Shown here in pieces: positions 10,101-21,100 of a stretch of DNA of 64,000 bases. A program made the translations under genes and the position numbers. Under the pieces are notes generated by a model. It made no database searches and was not told where the DNA came from. It saw only the letters and a program-made list of their open reading frames with translations. Position 1 is the stretch's first letter; each line of letters begins with the position of its first letter. The stretch is from Anditalea sp. (GTDB taxonomy: Bacteria; Bacteroidota; Bacteroidia; Cytophagales; Cyclobacteriaceae), in assembly GCA_040905145.1 (NCBI GenBank), contig JBBDSC010000217.1, positions 6,935 to 70,934 on the forward strand, written 5' to 3'.

Positions 10101-11639
10101 TTGGCAGCCTTGGTGGCCATGGCATTTTATTCAGGATGTACAAGTCCGGAAGCCAAAACCTCCCAAAAAGAGGATCAAAGGCCTAATATCATCTTAATTA
10201 TGGCAGATGATTTGGGCTTTTCTGACCTAGGCTGCTATGGCAGCGAAATCAACACGCCCAATATTGATTATTTGGCCACCAATGGTGTAAGATTTTCAAG
10301 TTTTTATAATCCCTCCAGGTGTTGCCCTACAAGAGCCTCATTGCTCACGGGTTTGTATAATCACCAGGCTGGAATAGGGGAGATGACAAGTGACCGGGAA
10401 GTTCCCGGTTACCGTGGACACCTGACTGAAAATGCCGTCACCATTGCAGAGGTATTAAAGGACGCCGGATACCGCACAGGCATGGTGGGAAAATGGCATG
10501 TTTCAAATACCTTGGTGCAGGATGATCCGGAGGAACAGCTGGACTGGCTGAACCACCAGACAGAGCATCCCCTTTTTTCTCCGGTGGAACAATATCCCAC
10601 CAACAGGGGATTTGAGAAATATTTTGGGAATATCTGGGGAGTGGTAGATTTTTTTGATCCTTTCAGCTTGGTTAACGGAACTGCCCCGGTCAAAACTGTC
10701 CCCAAAGATTATTACCATACAGATGCCATCAGTGACACTACGGTAGCCTATATTAAGGAATTCAGTAAAACGGATAAACCGTTTTTCCTATATGTGGCGC
10801 AGACTGCTCCCCATTGGCCGTTGCATGCCTTGCCGGAAGATATTGAAAAATACATAGACACCTACAAAGTAGGCTGGGACAGCATCCGGGAAAAAAGATA
10901 CGGGAAATTAGTAGAGATGGGCATGATTGATCCTGAAAAGGGTTCTTTGTCTCCCCGTATCGATGATGAACTTTCATGGGAAGAGAATCCTGACAAGGAA
11001 TGGGATGCCAGGGCTATGGCTGTCCATGCGGCTATGATAGATAGGATGGATCAGGGTATAGGTAAAATGATTACGGCTTTACGAGAAAGCGGCCAGTTAG
11101 AAAATACACTGATCTTATTCTTGAGCGATAATGGCGCCAGCCCTGAAGATGCTTCACGCTTTGGTCCGGGCTTTGACAGACCCAGTGAAACCAGGGATGG
11201 GCAGCAGATTATTTATCCGGTGGAAAAAAATGCTTTACCGGGACCGCAAAACACTTTTGCCTCCATAGGATCCAGGTGGGCCAATGTATCCAATACGCCT
11301 TTTCGGTATGCCAAAGCCCAATCCTATGAAGGAGGTATCCGTACGCCATTTGTGGCTTTCTGGCCAAAAGGCATTACTGTGGATAAAGGTGAAATTTTAG
11401 ATCAGGAAGGTCATGTAATGGATTTCATGGCCACCTTTACCGAGCTTGCAAATGCAACTTATCCTACTGAGTATAACGGCAGACAGATAACTCCCATGCA
11501 GGGAATCAGTTTAGTGCCAGCCTTTGAAGGCAAGGAGAGGAAAATTCATAACTCCCTGTTTAACGAACATTTCGGTGCACAGTATGTTCGCCATGAGGGT
11601 TGGAAACTGGTGGCCAGGAATAATGAGAAATGGTATTAA
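10101..11639 (+). CDS. Arylsulfatase (formylglycine-dependent sulfatase family), probably damaged at both ends
   Basis: The CCPTRASLLTG (CxPxR) motif and LFLSDNGA are present. ATG at 10075 is out of frame by 1 nt. An in-frame TAA at 11637-11639 is followed by 28 more sulfatase-like codons ending at 11726. Confidence 0.85.
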   Translation: MAALVAMAFYSGCTSPEAKTSQKEDQRPNIILIMADDLGFSDLGCYGSEINTPNIDYLATNGVRFSSFYNPSRCCPTRASLLTGLYNHQAGIGEMTSDREVPGYRGHLTENAVTIAEVLKDAGYRTGMVGKWHVSNTLVQDDPEEQLDWLNHQTEHPLFSPVEQYPTNRGFEKYFGNIWGVVDFFDPFSLVNGTAPVKTVPKDYYHTDAISDTTVAYIKEFSKTDKPFFLYVAQTAPHWPLHALPEDIEKYIDTYKVGWDSIREKRYGKLVEMGMIDPEKGSLSPRIDDELSWEENPDKEWDARAMAVHAAMIDRMDQGIGKMITALRESGQLENTLILFLSDNGASPEDASRFGPGFDRPSETRDGQQIIYPVEKNALPGPQNTFASIGSRWANVSNTPFRYAKAQSYEGGIRTPFVAFWPKGITVDKGEILDQEGHVMDFMATFTELANATYPTEYNGRQITPMQGISLVPAFEGKERKIHNSLFNEHFGAQYVRHEGWKLVARNNEKWY

Positions 11640-11726
11640 TATCCCGATAAAGTAAAGGAGCTGGAGGGGATGTGGCAAACCTGGGCCAAGAATAATAATG
11701 TATTGCCTAAACCAAAAGGAAAATGA

Positions 11727-11866
11727 CGTAGTCCCTGCTTGTCCTTTAAGATAGCAAAAGCCGTGTTATCGGATAATCCTTCTTTCATATCCAAATGTTT
11801 AAAATAAAGGCTAATGATCTGTCCTAAAAATCAATTTTAAACAGAATTTTGGAGGAATTTTTTCAT
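11727..11866 (-). pseudogene. N-terminal remnant (about 45 codons, frameshifted) of a second hybrid two-component regulator
   Basis: The minus strand reads ATG(11866) MKKFLQNSV* and then, after a frame shift, LYFKHLDMKEGLSDNTAFAILKDKQG. The intact HTCS at 5247-9287 has LYFENLDMKEGLSDNTVFSILQDREG. Similarity stops at about 11727. Confidence 0.6.
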
Positions 11867-12002
11867 TTTATGATGGATTTGTGACAGGTAGTTGAAGGAT
11901 TTTTCGGTTAGTTTGTTTCCACAATCGGTTGCGTAACTTATTGAATGATAAAAAGTTGAGATATAAAAATTGAATTAATCAACAGTAAACCAATCCAAAA
12001 TT

Positions 12003-15000
12003 ATGAAATTAAAATTACGAAAGACAATTTACATGATGGGCAGATATTTTCTGTTCGGAATTGTAATACAAATGTTGGCCTTCAACTTTGTATTGGCAGA
12101 ACATGACAATGGTCAAGATGAATCCATTGATGCAGTTCTGGTAAAAGTTTTCCGAGGATCCACATTCCAACGCAACTTTTCCAATAGTGCTGAAAATCCA
12201 TCCAAATCAGGTTCTTTGGAGAATTTTTTAGTTGAAGCTTCCCAACCACCTGTTTTTGATTTGACCAAAGCTAACAATGGTGTTGATGCCAATACAAAGG
12301 CAAGTGAAGAACAAATAACCAGGGATGATGACGCTGATATTATTGTAACGGGACAAGTTTTGGATGAGAAGGGAGAACCCCTGCCAGGGGCTACGATTAC
12401 GGTGGATGGAGCTCCTACAATAATAGGGACTGTCACGGATATCGATGGAAATTATTCCATTACGGTACCGGAAGATGCAGTCTTGGATTTTTCATTTATC
12501 GGATTTGAGTCCCTTCTTGTTCCAGTGGATAACCGTTCCCAGATAAACGTTACACTTTCCGTAGATATGTCTTCCTTGGATGAAGTTGTTGTCGTGGGGT
12601 ATGGTACTCAAAAGAGACAATCACTGACAGGGGCTATATCTTCAATTTCAAGTGAAGATATAGGTCGGGTACGAGGTGGGGCCACGGTAAGTTCCGGTTT
12701 AGCTGGAAAATTGCCAGGCGTCTCGTTTCGAATGCCAGATGGACGTCCTGGTGCAGCAGCCAGGGTGCAGATCCGAAATATGGGAGATCCCTTGTTTGTG
12801 ATTGATGGAATTCAACAGGAGGTACAGCAATTTAACAATCTAAACCCCACTGACATAGAAAGTATAACCATATTAAAAGATGGATCCGCCGCCATCTATG
12901 GGGTACGGGCCGCTAATGGTGTAGTATTAGTAACTACAAAAAAAGGATCAAGAGGTGATAAAAACACAATCAATATAAACGCCTATCAAGGTTTCCAAAA
13001 CTGGACAAAGTTCATGGATGTGACCAATAATTCTTATGACTGGGCCATGGAAAAAGTTCAGGCAGATATGAATGGTTTTGGTACAACCAACATAACAAAA
13101 GAAGATTTGGAGAAATATAAATTGGGAATTGAGCCAGGGTATCAGAGTTTTAATTGGAAAGATTTTATTATAAAAAAGAATGCCCCTATATCTCAAATTG
13201 ATATCAATGCATCAGGAGGGTCAGAAAAAATCAATTACTACATTTCTGGAAGCCATTTAAAACAATCCTCTGTTTTAGGCCGTGAATTCACTTTTGGTAG
13301 AACGAACCTGATAAGCAATATTGATGTCGATATAAGTGAACGTTTAAAAGTGGGGATTGGAATAAATGGGTATATGGAAGAGCGATTGAATCCCGGTATT
13401 CCAGGGGGCGATGACTATTGGTTGCCCCGATATGCCATCTTGCGGAATACTCCTTGGGAACGTCCCTATGCAAATGACAATCCCCTATACCTGAACGATA
13501 TCAAGCACAACGAAACCAACTGGGCTTATAATAATTTCAAGTATGGAGGTTATAAAAGGGAAAATAAAAAATATTTGCAAACTAATTTTACTGGCGAATA
13601 TCAGTTCGACTTCCTGGAAGGTCTTTCAGCCAGAGGAATGTATTCTTATGGAATTGAGGATGTACTGATGGATGGCCATGAATATACCTATGAAACATAT
13701 ACTTATTATCCAGCCACCGGAGAAACTCCTGAGGAATACCGGGTTACTGGTGGAAGTACCAACCCTTGGCGAGAGCGGGAAACCCGAAAAATAGAAAAGA
13801 ACAACTCACAGCTTGGTCTTAACTATAGTAATATTTTTGGTGATCATGAGATCGGTGCATTGTTTCTTGCCGAACGTTATGAAACTAGAGCTCGTCGAGT
13901 ATGGGTACATGCAGTACCGGCTACCAACATCCTTCCTTTATTGTATTTCAATACCATGGACAGGTATGATGACAGTGATTTTGAAGAAGCTAGAATAGGA
14001 TACATTACCCGAATAAATTACAATTTTGACAATAAATATTACTTAGAAATATCAGGGAGACGAGATGCTTCCTGGAAATTTTCACCTGACCAAAGGGTAG
14101 GGTATTTTCCTTCCGCTTCAGTGGGATGGAGAATTTCAAAAGAGGATTTCATGGAATCTATAGTGAGCGGAAACATCTTGAATGATTTAAAATTACGTGC
14201 TTCCTACGGGATTTTGGGTGATGACAATATTGGTATTGACCCATATGATTATCTTGCCGGTTACACTTATAACCAAGGCACTGGGATTTTGGATCGTACA
14301 CCTATTATCGGAACCAGAGATAAAGGCCAGCCTATTACCAATATTACCTGGTTAACCAGTAAAATATTGGATATAGGTGCTGATTTCAGCTTATTTAATG
14401 GAAAAGTTAACGGTAGTGTGGACTATTTTAACCGGAAACGGACTGGATTAAGAGGGCGAAAATACGATATAGTGGTACCGAATGAATTAGGCTACAACCT
14501 CCCTGATGAAAATGTCAATAGTGACAAACAATTTGGTGGTGAAGCATCTCTTTCCTATGCAGGAAATGTCGGTGATTTCACCTATAGCATCGGCGGAAAT
14601 CTGAGCTATGCACGTAGTAAATTCCTTTCCTCCTACAATCCAATCTTTTTTAACTCCTGGGATCAGTACCGCAATTCAGCCGAGGATAGATTTCAAAATC
14701 TAAGTTGGGGATATAAGGTTATTGGGCAGTTTTCTTCACAGGATGAAATAAACAATTATCCTGTCAATGTAGATGGACAAGGTAATAAAAGCTTACTTCC
14801 AGGAGATCTGATTTATGAAGATTTAAATGGCGATAAAATAATTGATGATTATGATCAGAGGCCTATAGGCTATGGAACAAACCTTCCTGTAGTAAACGGG
14901 GGTTTAAATTTTGTCTTTGGATGGAAAAATTTTGATTTTGCCATGGATTTTTCATTAGCCTCCATGTATTCCTTTACAGCTGATAATGAGTTAAGAAGAG

Positions 15001-15395
15001 CATTTCGTGCCAATGGGGGGAATATGGCAGAACACCTAAGAGATGCATGGCACAGGGAGGACCCTTTCGACTTGAACAGTAACTGGATACCGGGAACTTT
15101 TCCCCCAAACAGGTTTAATCAGGGAGGGCTAAGTTCAGTCAATAAAACCTCTGACTTTTGGATGCACAATGTTACCATCTTTAGGGCAAGGACGATACAA
15201 TTGGGTTATTCATTGCCTGTGTCGATCATTAATAGGGTAAAAATCCAACAGGCAAGGGTTTTTGTAAATGGATATAATTTATTCTTTTTTGATAATTTAA
15301 AAGATTATCCCATTGATCCTGAGGTTACTGATACCAACGGATTGCAATATCCACAAAATAGAATAATTAATATAGGTGTTGGTTTAACGCTTTAA
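12003..15395 (+). CDS. SusC/RagA-family TonB-dependent outer-membrane transporter
   Basis: 1130 aa. A CarboxypepD_reg-like segment (VTGQVLDEKGEPLPGATITV), the plug region DEVVVVGYGTQKRQSLTGAIS and a long barrel are visible. An N-terminal extension of about 110 aa precedes them. Confidence 0.9.
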   Translation: MKLKLRKTIYMMGRYFLFGIVIQMLAFNFVLAEHDNGQDESIDAVLVKVFRGSTFQRNFSNSAENPSKSGSLENFLVEASQPPVFDLTKANNGVDANTKASEEQITRDDDADIIVTGQVLDEKGEPLPGATITVDGAPTIIGTVTDIDGNYSITVPEDAVLDFSFIGFESLLVPVDNRSQINVTLSVDMSSLDEVVVVGYGTQKRQSLTGAISSISSEDIGRVRGGATVSSGLAGKLPGVSFRMPDGRPGAAARVQIRNMGDPLFVIDGIQQEVQQFNNLNPTDIESITILKDGSAAIYGVRAANGVVLVTTKKGSRGDKNTININAYQGFQNWTKFMDVTNNSYDWAMEKVQADMNGFGTTNITKEDLEKYKLGIEPGYQSFNWKDFIIKKNAPISQIDINASGGSEKINYYISGSHLKQSSVLGREFTFGRTNLISNIDVDISERLKVGIGINGYMEERLNPGIPGGDDYWLPRYAILRNTPWERPYANDNPLYLNDIKHNETNWAYNNFKYGGYKRENKKYLQTNFTGEYQFDFLEGLSARGMYSYGIEDVLMDGHEYTYETYTYYPATGETPEEYRVTGGSTNPWRERETRKIEKNNSQLGLNYSNIFGDHEIGALFLAERYETRARRVWVHAVPATNILPLLYFNTMDRYDDSDFEEARIGYITRINYNFDNKYYLEISGRRDASWKFSPDQRVGYFPSASVGWRISKEDFMESIVSGNILNDLKLRASYGILGDDNIGIDPYDYLAGYTYNQGTGILDRTPIIGTRDKGQPITNITWLTSKILDIGADFSLFNGKVNGSVDYFNRKRTGLRGRKYDIVVPNELGYNLPDENVNSDKQFGGEASLSYAGNVGDFTYSIGGNLSYARSKFLSSYNPIFFNSWDQYRNSAEDRFQNLSWGYKVIGQFSSQDEINNYPVNVDGQGNKSLLPGDLIYEDLNGDKIIDDYDQRPIGYGTNLPVVNGGLNFVFGWKNFDFAMDFSLASMYSFTADNELRRAFRANGGNMAEHLRDAWHREDPFDLNSNWIPGTFPPNRFNQGGLSSVNKTSDFWMHNVTIFRARTIQLGYSLPVSIINRVKIQQARVFVNGYNLFFFDNLKDYPIDPEVTDTNGLQYPQNRIINIGVGLTL

Positions 15396-15414
15396 GTATT
15401 TTAAATTTTAAGAC

Positions 15415-17325
15415 ATGCAAAAATTATATTACATATTAATCGCAATACTATTGGGTTTCAGTTGGGGGTGTGAATCTGATGAAGAGTTTATGAACAAACC
15501 ACCCAATCAGATTCTAACCGTGGAACAGGCATTTTCTGATCCTGCTCAGGTATTATCCATTTTAGCAAATTTATATTCCCGCCAATTTTCTTATTACAGG
15601 CTAAATGACTGGGCGACTTTTGGGGATTTCAATGAAGCTTTTTATGCACATACCCAAGGCGTCACCAATGAATTCCATACCAATACCACCTGGCCTTTTG
15701 GAGGAATAAGAAATTTTTGGACCACTTGGGATTATACTTATATAAGAGAACTCAATCTGTTTCTTGAGAGAATAGAAACTTCCTCGATTACCGAAGATCT
15801 AAAAACCAGGTATGCTGCTGAAGCCAAGTATTTACGTGCGGCCTATTATCTTGAACTCGCCCAATTCTACGGTGGGGTTCCCATAATTTTAGAATCCCAG
15901 AGCTATGATTTTAGCGGAGACCCCTCTTATCTTCAAATCCCAAGATCAACAGAGGCTGAAATCTATGACTTTATCATTGAGGAAGCCGAATCCTTAAAGA
16001 CTATACTTCCTGCGGATGCCACCAGTAAATCAAGGGCTACCAAAGGTGCCGCCCTGGCTATGAAAGCAAGGGCTGCCATTTATGCAGCATCCCTTGCAAA
16101 ATATAATAATAGCATCACCCCTTCGGTATCTCTTTCTGGGGGTGAGGTAGGAATTCCAACAGGCAGGGCTGAGGAGTATTATAATACTGCTCTGGAAGCC
16201 TCCAAAGAAATAATAGAAGGAACGGCAGGTTCATATTCCTTATATATGAAGAACCCTACCAATCTTTCAGAAAATTTTGCCGCACTATTCTATGATAAGA
16301 ATGCGAATCCTGAGGTCATTTTTGCTGACGATTATCTATTAAAATATAGGACTCATTATTTTACCGGAGCAAATCAACCTCGTTTTGGTGCGGAGGAAGA
16401 AGAAGGGGGTGCACTCAATCCAAGTCTCAACCTGGTTCAGGAATTTGAATTGCTGGACAATACCTTTGCCCCTATTCCAACTACCGATGAAAACGGTGAT
16501 CCTATTTATTATGAATCTCAACTGGATATATTTGCAAATCGGGATGCCAGGCTGGCAGGAACCGTTATATTGCCAGGATCAAATTTTAAGTCAAGACCTG
16601 TTGATATATGGGCAGGTTATCAGTTGGCCAATGGCACGGTGATCAGTGGAAATGACAGAGGTGACCAAAGGATATTGCCGGGGAAAACTATTGAGCAACA
16701 GGTTGTGGGATTTGATGGACCTGTTGAAGGGGCAGTACAGAATGCTCAAATGGGTTTCTATCTTCGGAAATATGTGGATCCTGCACCCGGCTCAGGTCAG
16801 CGAGGTATTCAAAGCGAAATTTGGAAAATTAAGTACCGCTATTCTGAAATCCTGCTAATTGCCGCTGAAGCTGCTTTTGAATTGGGACAACCGGATATTT
16901 CAGCCAACTATCTAAATATGGTACGCGAGAGGGCTGGGTTTACTATTCCCCTAAAAGGATCAGATATATCCTTGGATAGGATCGTTCATGAACGCAGAGT
17001 GGAGTTTGCCTTTGAAGGTTTGTACTTTATGGATTTAAAACGTTTTAGAATCGCCCATAGAATTTTTGATGGGGTATCCATGACTAAGGAAAATTTACTT
17101 TCTGGAATAGGCAAGGCAACTAAAAGAAGCACTATGCCCTGGGGTTTATGGCCTTATAGGATTTATAATCCTGGGTCTGAAAACGATGGAAAGTGGATTT
17201 ATAAAGAATATTTGTCAAAGCAGGTGACTGGTGCTGACAATTGGCAATTAGGTAATTATTATAGTAACATCAGTAATGAAATACTAAATAACAATCCAAA
17301 ACTTGTAAGACAACCTCTTCAGTAA
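15415..17325 (+). CDS. SusD/RagB-family nutrient-binding lipoprotein
   Basis: The gene lies immediately downstream of SusC. It has a lipoprotein leader (LLGFSWGC) and the SusD-type C-terminal block ERRVEFAFEGLYFMDLKRF. Confidence 0.9.
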   Translation: MQKLYYILIAILLGFSWGCESDEEFMNKPPNQILTVEQAFSDPAQVLSILANLYSRQFSYYRLNDWATFGDFNEAFYAHTQGVTNEFHTNTTWPFGGIRNFWTTWDYTYIRELNLFLERIETSSITEDLKTRYAAEAKYLRAAYYLELAQFYGGVPIILESQSYDFSGDPSYLQIPRSTEAEIYDFIIEEAESLKTILPADATSKSRATKGAALAMKARAAIYAASLAKYNNSITPSVSLSGGEVGIPTGRAEEYYNTALEASKEIIEGTAGSYSLYMKNPTNLSENFAALFYDKNANPEVIFADDYLLKYRTHYFTGANQPRFGAEEEEGGALNPSLNLVQEFELLDNTFAPIPTTDENGDPIYYESQLDIFANRDARLAGTVILPGSNFKSRPVDIWAGYQLANGTVISGNDRGDQRILPGKTIEQQVVGFDGPVEGAVQNAQMGFYLRKYVDPAPGSGQRGIQSEIWKIKYRYSEILLIAAEAAFELGQPDISANYLNMVRERAGFTIPLKGSDISLDRIVHERRVEFAFEGLYFMDLKRFRIAHRIFDGVSMTKENLLSGIGKATKRSTMPWGLWPYRIYNPGSENDGKWIYKEYLSKQVTGADNWQLGNYYSNISNEILNNNPKLVRQPLQ

Positions 17326-17351
17326 TTATTGAATGATAAAATCGCAAAATA

Positions 17352-18053
17352 ATGAAAAATAAATTTAATTATATATTATTGTTCCTATTGGGTATTTCTT
17401 TCATGTCTTGTGAAAAGGATAATTATGAACCGCCAAAATCCCCTCTTACTGGAAGGGTTATTTACCAAGGAACGCCATTGTATTTACAACCGAATAGAGT
17501 AAGTTACGAGTTATTCCAAGATGGTTTTGGTAAGAGTGGTCCCATAAGCGGTACTTTTACGGCTGATGGTAATTACTCACAACTCCTTTTTAATGGGACT
17601 TATAAAATGATAATTCGGGAAGGACAAGGCCCATTTCTTTGGGGAGAGTCAGTGGATAACCTGAAGAGTGAAGAAATTATCCATGTCAATGGTGCTACAG
17701 AGATGGATATCGAGGTCCTACCTTATTGGATGATTATAAACCCTAACATATCATTTAGTGAAGGAAAAGTAACAGGAACATTTGGACTTGAGCAAATTAT
17801 TGACGGTGCTAATGCTAAAAGTATTGAAAGTGTAACGCTTTACCTAAGCAAAACCGTTTTTGCTAATTCTGACACCAATGTGGCTACTAATTCAATAGGA
17901 GGGAGTGACATTAGCGATTTCAGTAATATCAATCTGAGTGTTAATGTACCAACCTTAACACCTTCTCAAAATTATATATTTGCCAGTATAGGTGTAAAAA
18001 TAGTTGGAGTGGAAGATATGATTTTTTCTGAGGTTCAAAAAATCAATTTATAG
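17352..18053 (+). CDS. DUF3823-like surface lipoprotein (SusE/F-position accessory protein)
   Basis: The lipoprotein leader SFMSCEKDNYEPPKSPLTGRV is typical of DUF3823. The gene sits directly after SusD. Confidence 0.55.
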   Translation: MKNKFNYILLFLLGISFMSCEKDNYEPPKSPLTGRVIYQGTPLYLQPNRVSYELFQDGFGKSGPISGTFTADGNYSQLLFNGTYKMIIREGQGPFLWGESVDNLKSEEIIHVNGATEMDIEVLPYWMIINPNISFSEGKVTGTFGLEQIIDGANAKSIESVTLYLSKTVFANSDTNVATNSIGGSDISDFSNINLSVNVPTLTPSQNYIFASIGVKIVGVEDMIFSEVQKINL

Positions 18054-18141
18054 TTAAAATTTCAATCCGATATGCCGGTTTAAGTTAACTTCGGTTTTTT
18101 AACCCATGATTGATCATTATTAAAGTTTAAAGAGTGTTTTT

Positions 18142-21100
18142 ATGAAACAAGCATTTATTTTATTGATATTAACTGGAATGTTATTCCATAGTTGTAAGGA
18201 TAAATTGATTACAACCAGTGGTAACCTTTCTGAGAATAATGATTACCAAAAAGGGAGAAGAGCAGAACTCCTTTTTCTTGGCCATGCAAGTGATCACCAC
18301 CCTTCCAGAAAATATGCCCCATGGCTGGCAACTTCGGTTTTCAAAAGCGGCATCAACATTACCTATACAGAAAATCTGGAAGATTTAAATCCTGAAAACT
18401 TAAACAAATACGATGCATTGGTCATTTATGCCAACCACGATTATTTGGCCCCGGAACAGGAAAGCGCACTCAAGGAATTTTTGGATAATGGGAAAGGCCT
18501 TATTCCCCTTCATTCTGCAACAGGCTGCTTCAAAAATTCCGACTGGTATATCCAAACAATAGGGGGGCAATTTGCATCCCATGGTACCGGAGAATTTATG
18601 GCCGAAATCATTGAGGCTTCCCATCCTATTCTGGACGGTGTGGAAAGCTTTGAGACCTGGGATGAAACTTATGTGCACAAAAACATCAATCCCGATATCA
18701 AAGTGCTGACGGAGCGGGTGGAAAACGGGCATCGCGAACCTTATACCTGGATAAGGGAAGAAGGAAATGGAAGGATTTTTTATACCGCCTATGGGCACAA
18801 TGACAGCACGTGGACCAATCCCGGTTTCCAGAAACTGGTAGAAAACGGCATCTTTTGGGCAATGGGAGACAAAGTCCAAGCTCTGGTCGCTGCATTGGAC
18901 ATTCCTGAAGTGGATGTTTATGAGGAACCGATTTCAGACTTTACCAAAAGATATGAGGTGCCAAAGGTCCAGGAACCACTGGAACCGGAAGAATCAAAAA
19001 AACTGATCCAGACTCCGGTGGATTTTGACATTCAATTGTTCGCTTCAGAACCTGATATCGTCAATCCTATCGCCATGGCCTGGGATGAAAGGGGAAGACT
19101 TTGGATCGTTGAATCGGTGGATTATCCCAATACCTTTAAAGAAACCGATGGGCTGGCCAATGACAGGATCAAAATCTGTGAGGATACAGACGGGGACGGC
19201 AAAGCAGACAAGTTTACCGTCTTTGCTGATAACCTGAACATCCCTACGAGTATTGCTTTTGCGAATGGAGGGGTAATCGTTTCCATGGCGCCTGATTTTC
19301 TATTCATGAAGGACACCGATGGGGACGACGTGGCAGATGTAAGAGAGGTTATAATGACAGGGTGGGGTAAGTATGATACTCATGCGGGACCCTCCAACCT
19401 ACAATATGGATTTGACAATAAAATTTGGGGTGTGACCGGCTATTCGGGCTTCAACGGCACCATCAATGGAAAGCCAATGCGTTTCCCACAGGGGGTTTAC
19501 CACTTTGATCCCGACGGTAAAAATTTCGAATACCTGGCCAGTACCAGCAACAACACTTGGGGATTGGGCTTTTCGGAAGACAACAATGTGTTTATTTCCA
19601 CTGCCAACAATACCCATGCGGCTTATTACTCCATCCCTGCGAAATACCTGCAACGTACCTTACCTGAAGCAGCCGAAGGACAACCTTCGCCCCCTTATTC
19701 CATACAGCCCATCCAAAAAATCGATGGACATTACGATGCCCATGCGATGACGCCCAACCTTCGCCAGGTGGATGTGGTCGGCGGATTTACTTCTGCGGCG
19801 GGCATCAGGCTGTATACGGCCAGGGATTTTCCCAAAGAATATTGGAATAGGATTGCTTTTGTGAGTGAACCGACGATCAGGTTGACCCATAATGCCATCC
19901 TCGAACCCGAGGGGGCAGGGTTTGTGGAAAAAGACGGCTGGAATTTATTGGCCAGTTCGGACGAATGGTTTGGACCCGTCCAGGCGGAAGTGGGGCCGGA
20001 TGGCGCTGTATGGATAGCTGATTGGTACAACTTTATCATCCAGCACAATGTCTTTGTGGAAAGACAGGCCCCATCCAGAATGGTTCTTCCTTTTACCGAT
20101 CAACCACATGGCCAGGGAAACGCTTTCCATAGTGAATTGCGCGACACCAACCATGGACGGATCTATCGTGTGGTGTACAAAAATGCAAAGCCTTACACTC
20201 CAATCCAATTATCAACAAATGATCCCCAAGGTTTATTGGCTGCTTTGAAAAACGACAATATGTTCTGGAGAATGACTGCTCAGCGGCTATTGGTGGAATC
20301 AGGGGCACAGGACGTCATTCCAGAGCTCTACGGGATCATAAACGATCAGCAAATTGATGAGATTGGATTAAACAGTCCTGCGGTCCATGCCTTATGGACC
20401 TTGCATGGCCTGGGGGCTTTGGATGGATCCAACCAAGAGGCTTTACAAGTGGCCATAAAAGCATTGTCCCATCCCGCAGATGGGGTGAGGAAAGCCGCCG
20501 TGGAAGTTCTGCCCGAAAATGAACAGGCTATCGCTGCATTTCAGGAAAGTGGGATCATCCAGGACCCAAACTTAAATGTCAGGATGCATGCATTTCTGTC
20601 CCTTGCCACCATGCCCACTTCAGATGCTGTCGGGGAGCTGCTTTACGGGGCAAGTATGTCCCCGGAAAACGCAAAGGATGACTGGCTGTCCAAGGCACTG
20701 TTTGCCGCGGCGATCAACCATGAAGAAAGCTTCCTTGCCGCTTCAAGCAAAAATGGTGCGGCTTCCTCTCCGGAAAACGGTTTGAACCAACGTTTGGTAA
20801 AAGCAGTGGGCAAGGAAATCTATGAACTGGGAAGAAGAAGTACTTTACAATTTTCTCCGGAAGTAGCCCAGAAAGAAATCATCATCAAAGCCTCTGTATC
20901 CAAAAGAGGGAATGAAGATCCGGAGGGATTTATAGTGGCCCAGGGTGGAAAGGAAAACGGCTATGGCCTTTATATAGAGGATGGAAAGCTAAATTTCGTA
21001 GTCAACCAAAATGGCAAAAAATATAAGGCCGTTACCACCAAAGCGTTGCCGGAAAGATATGAGTTCGTCGCATATTTGGCCAAAAATGGTCGGATGAGTA

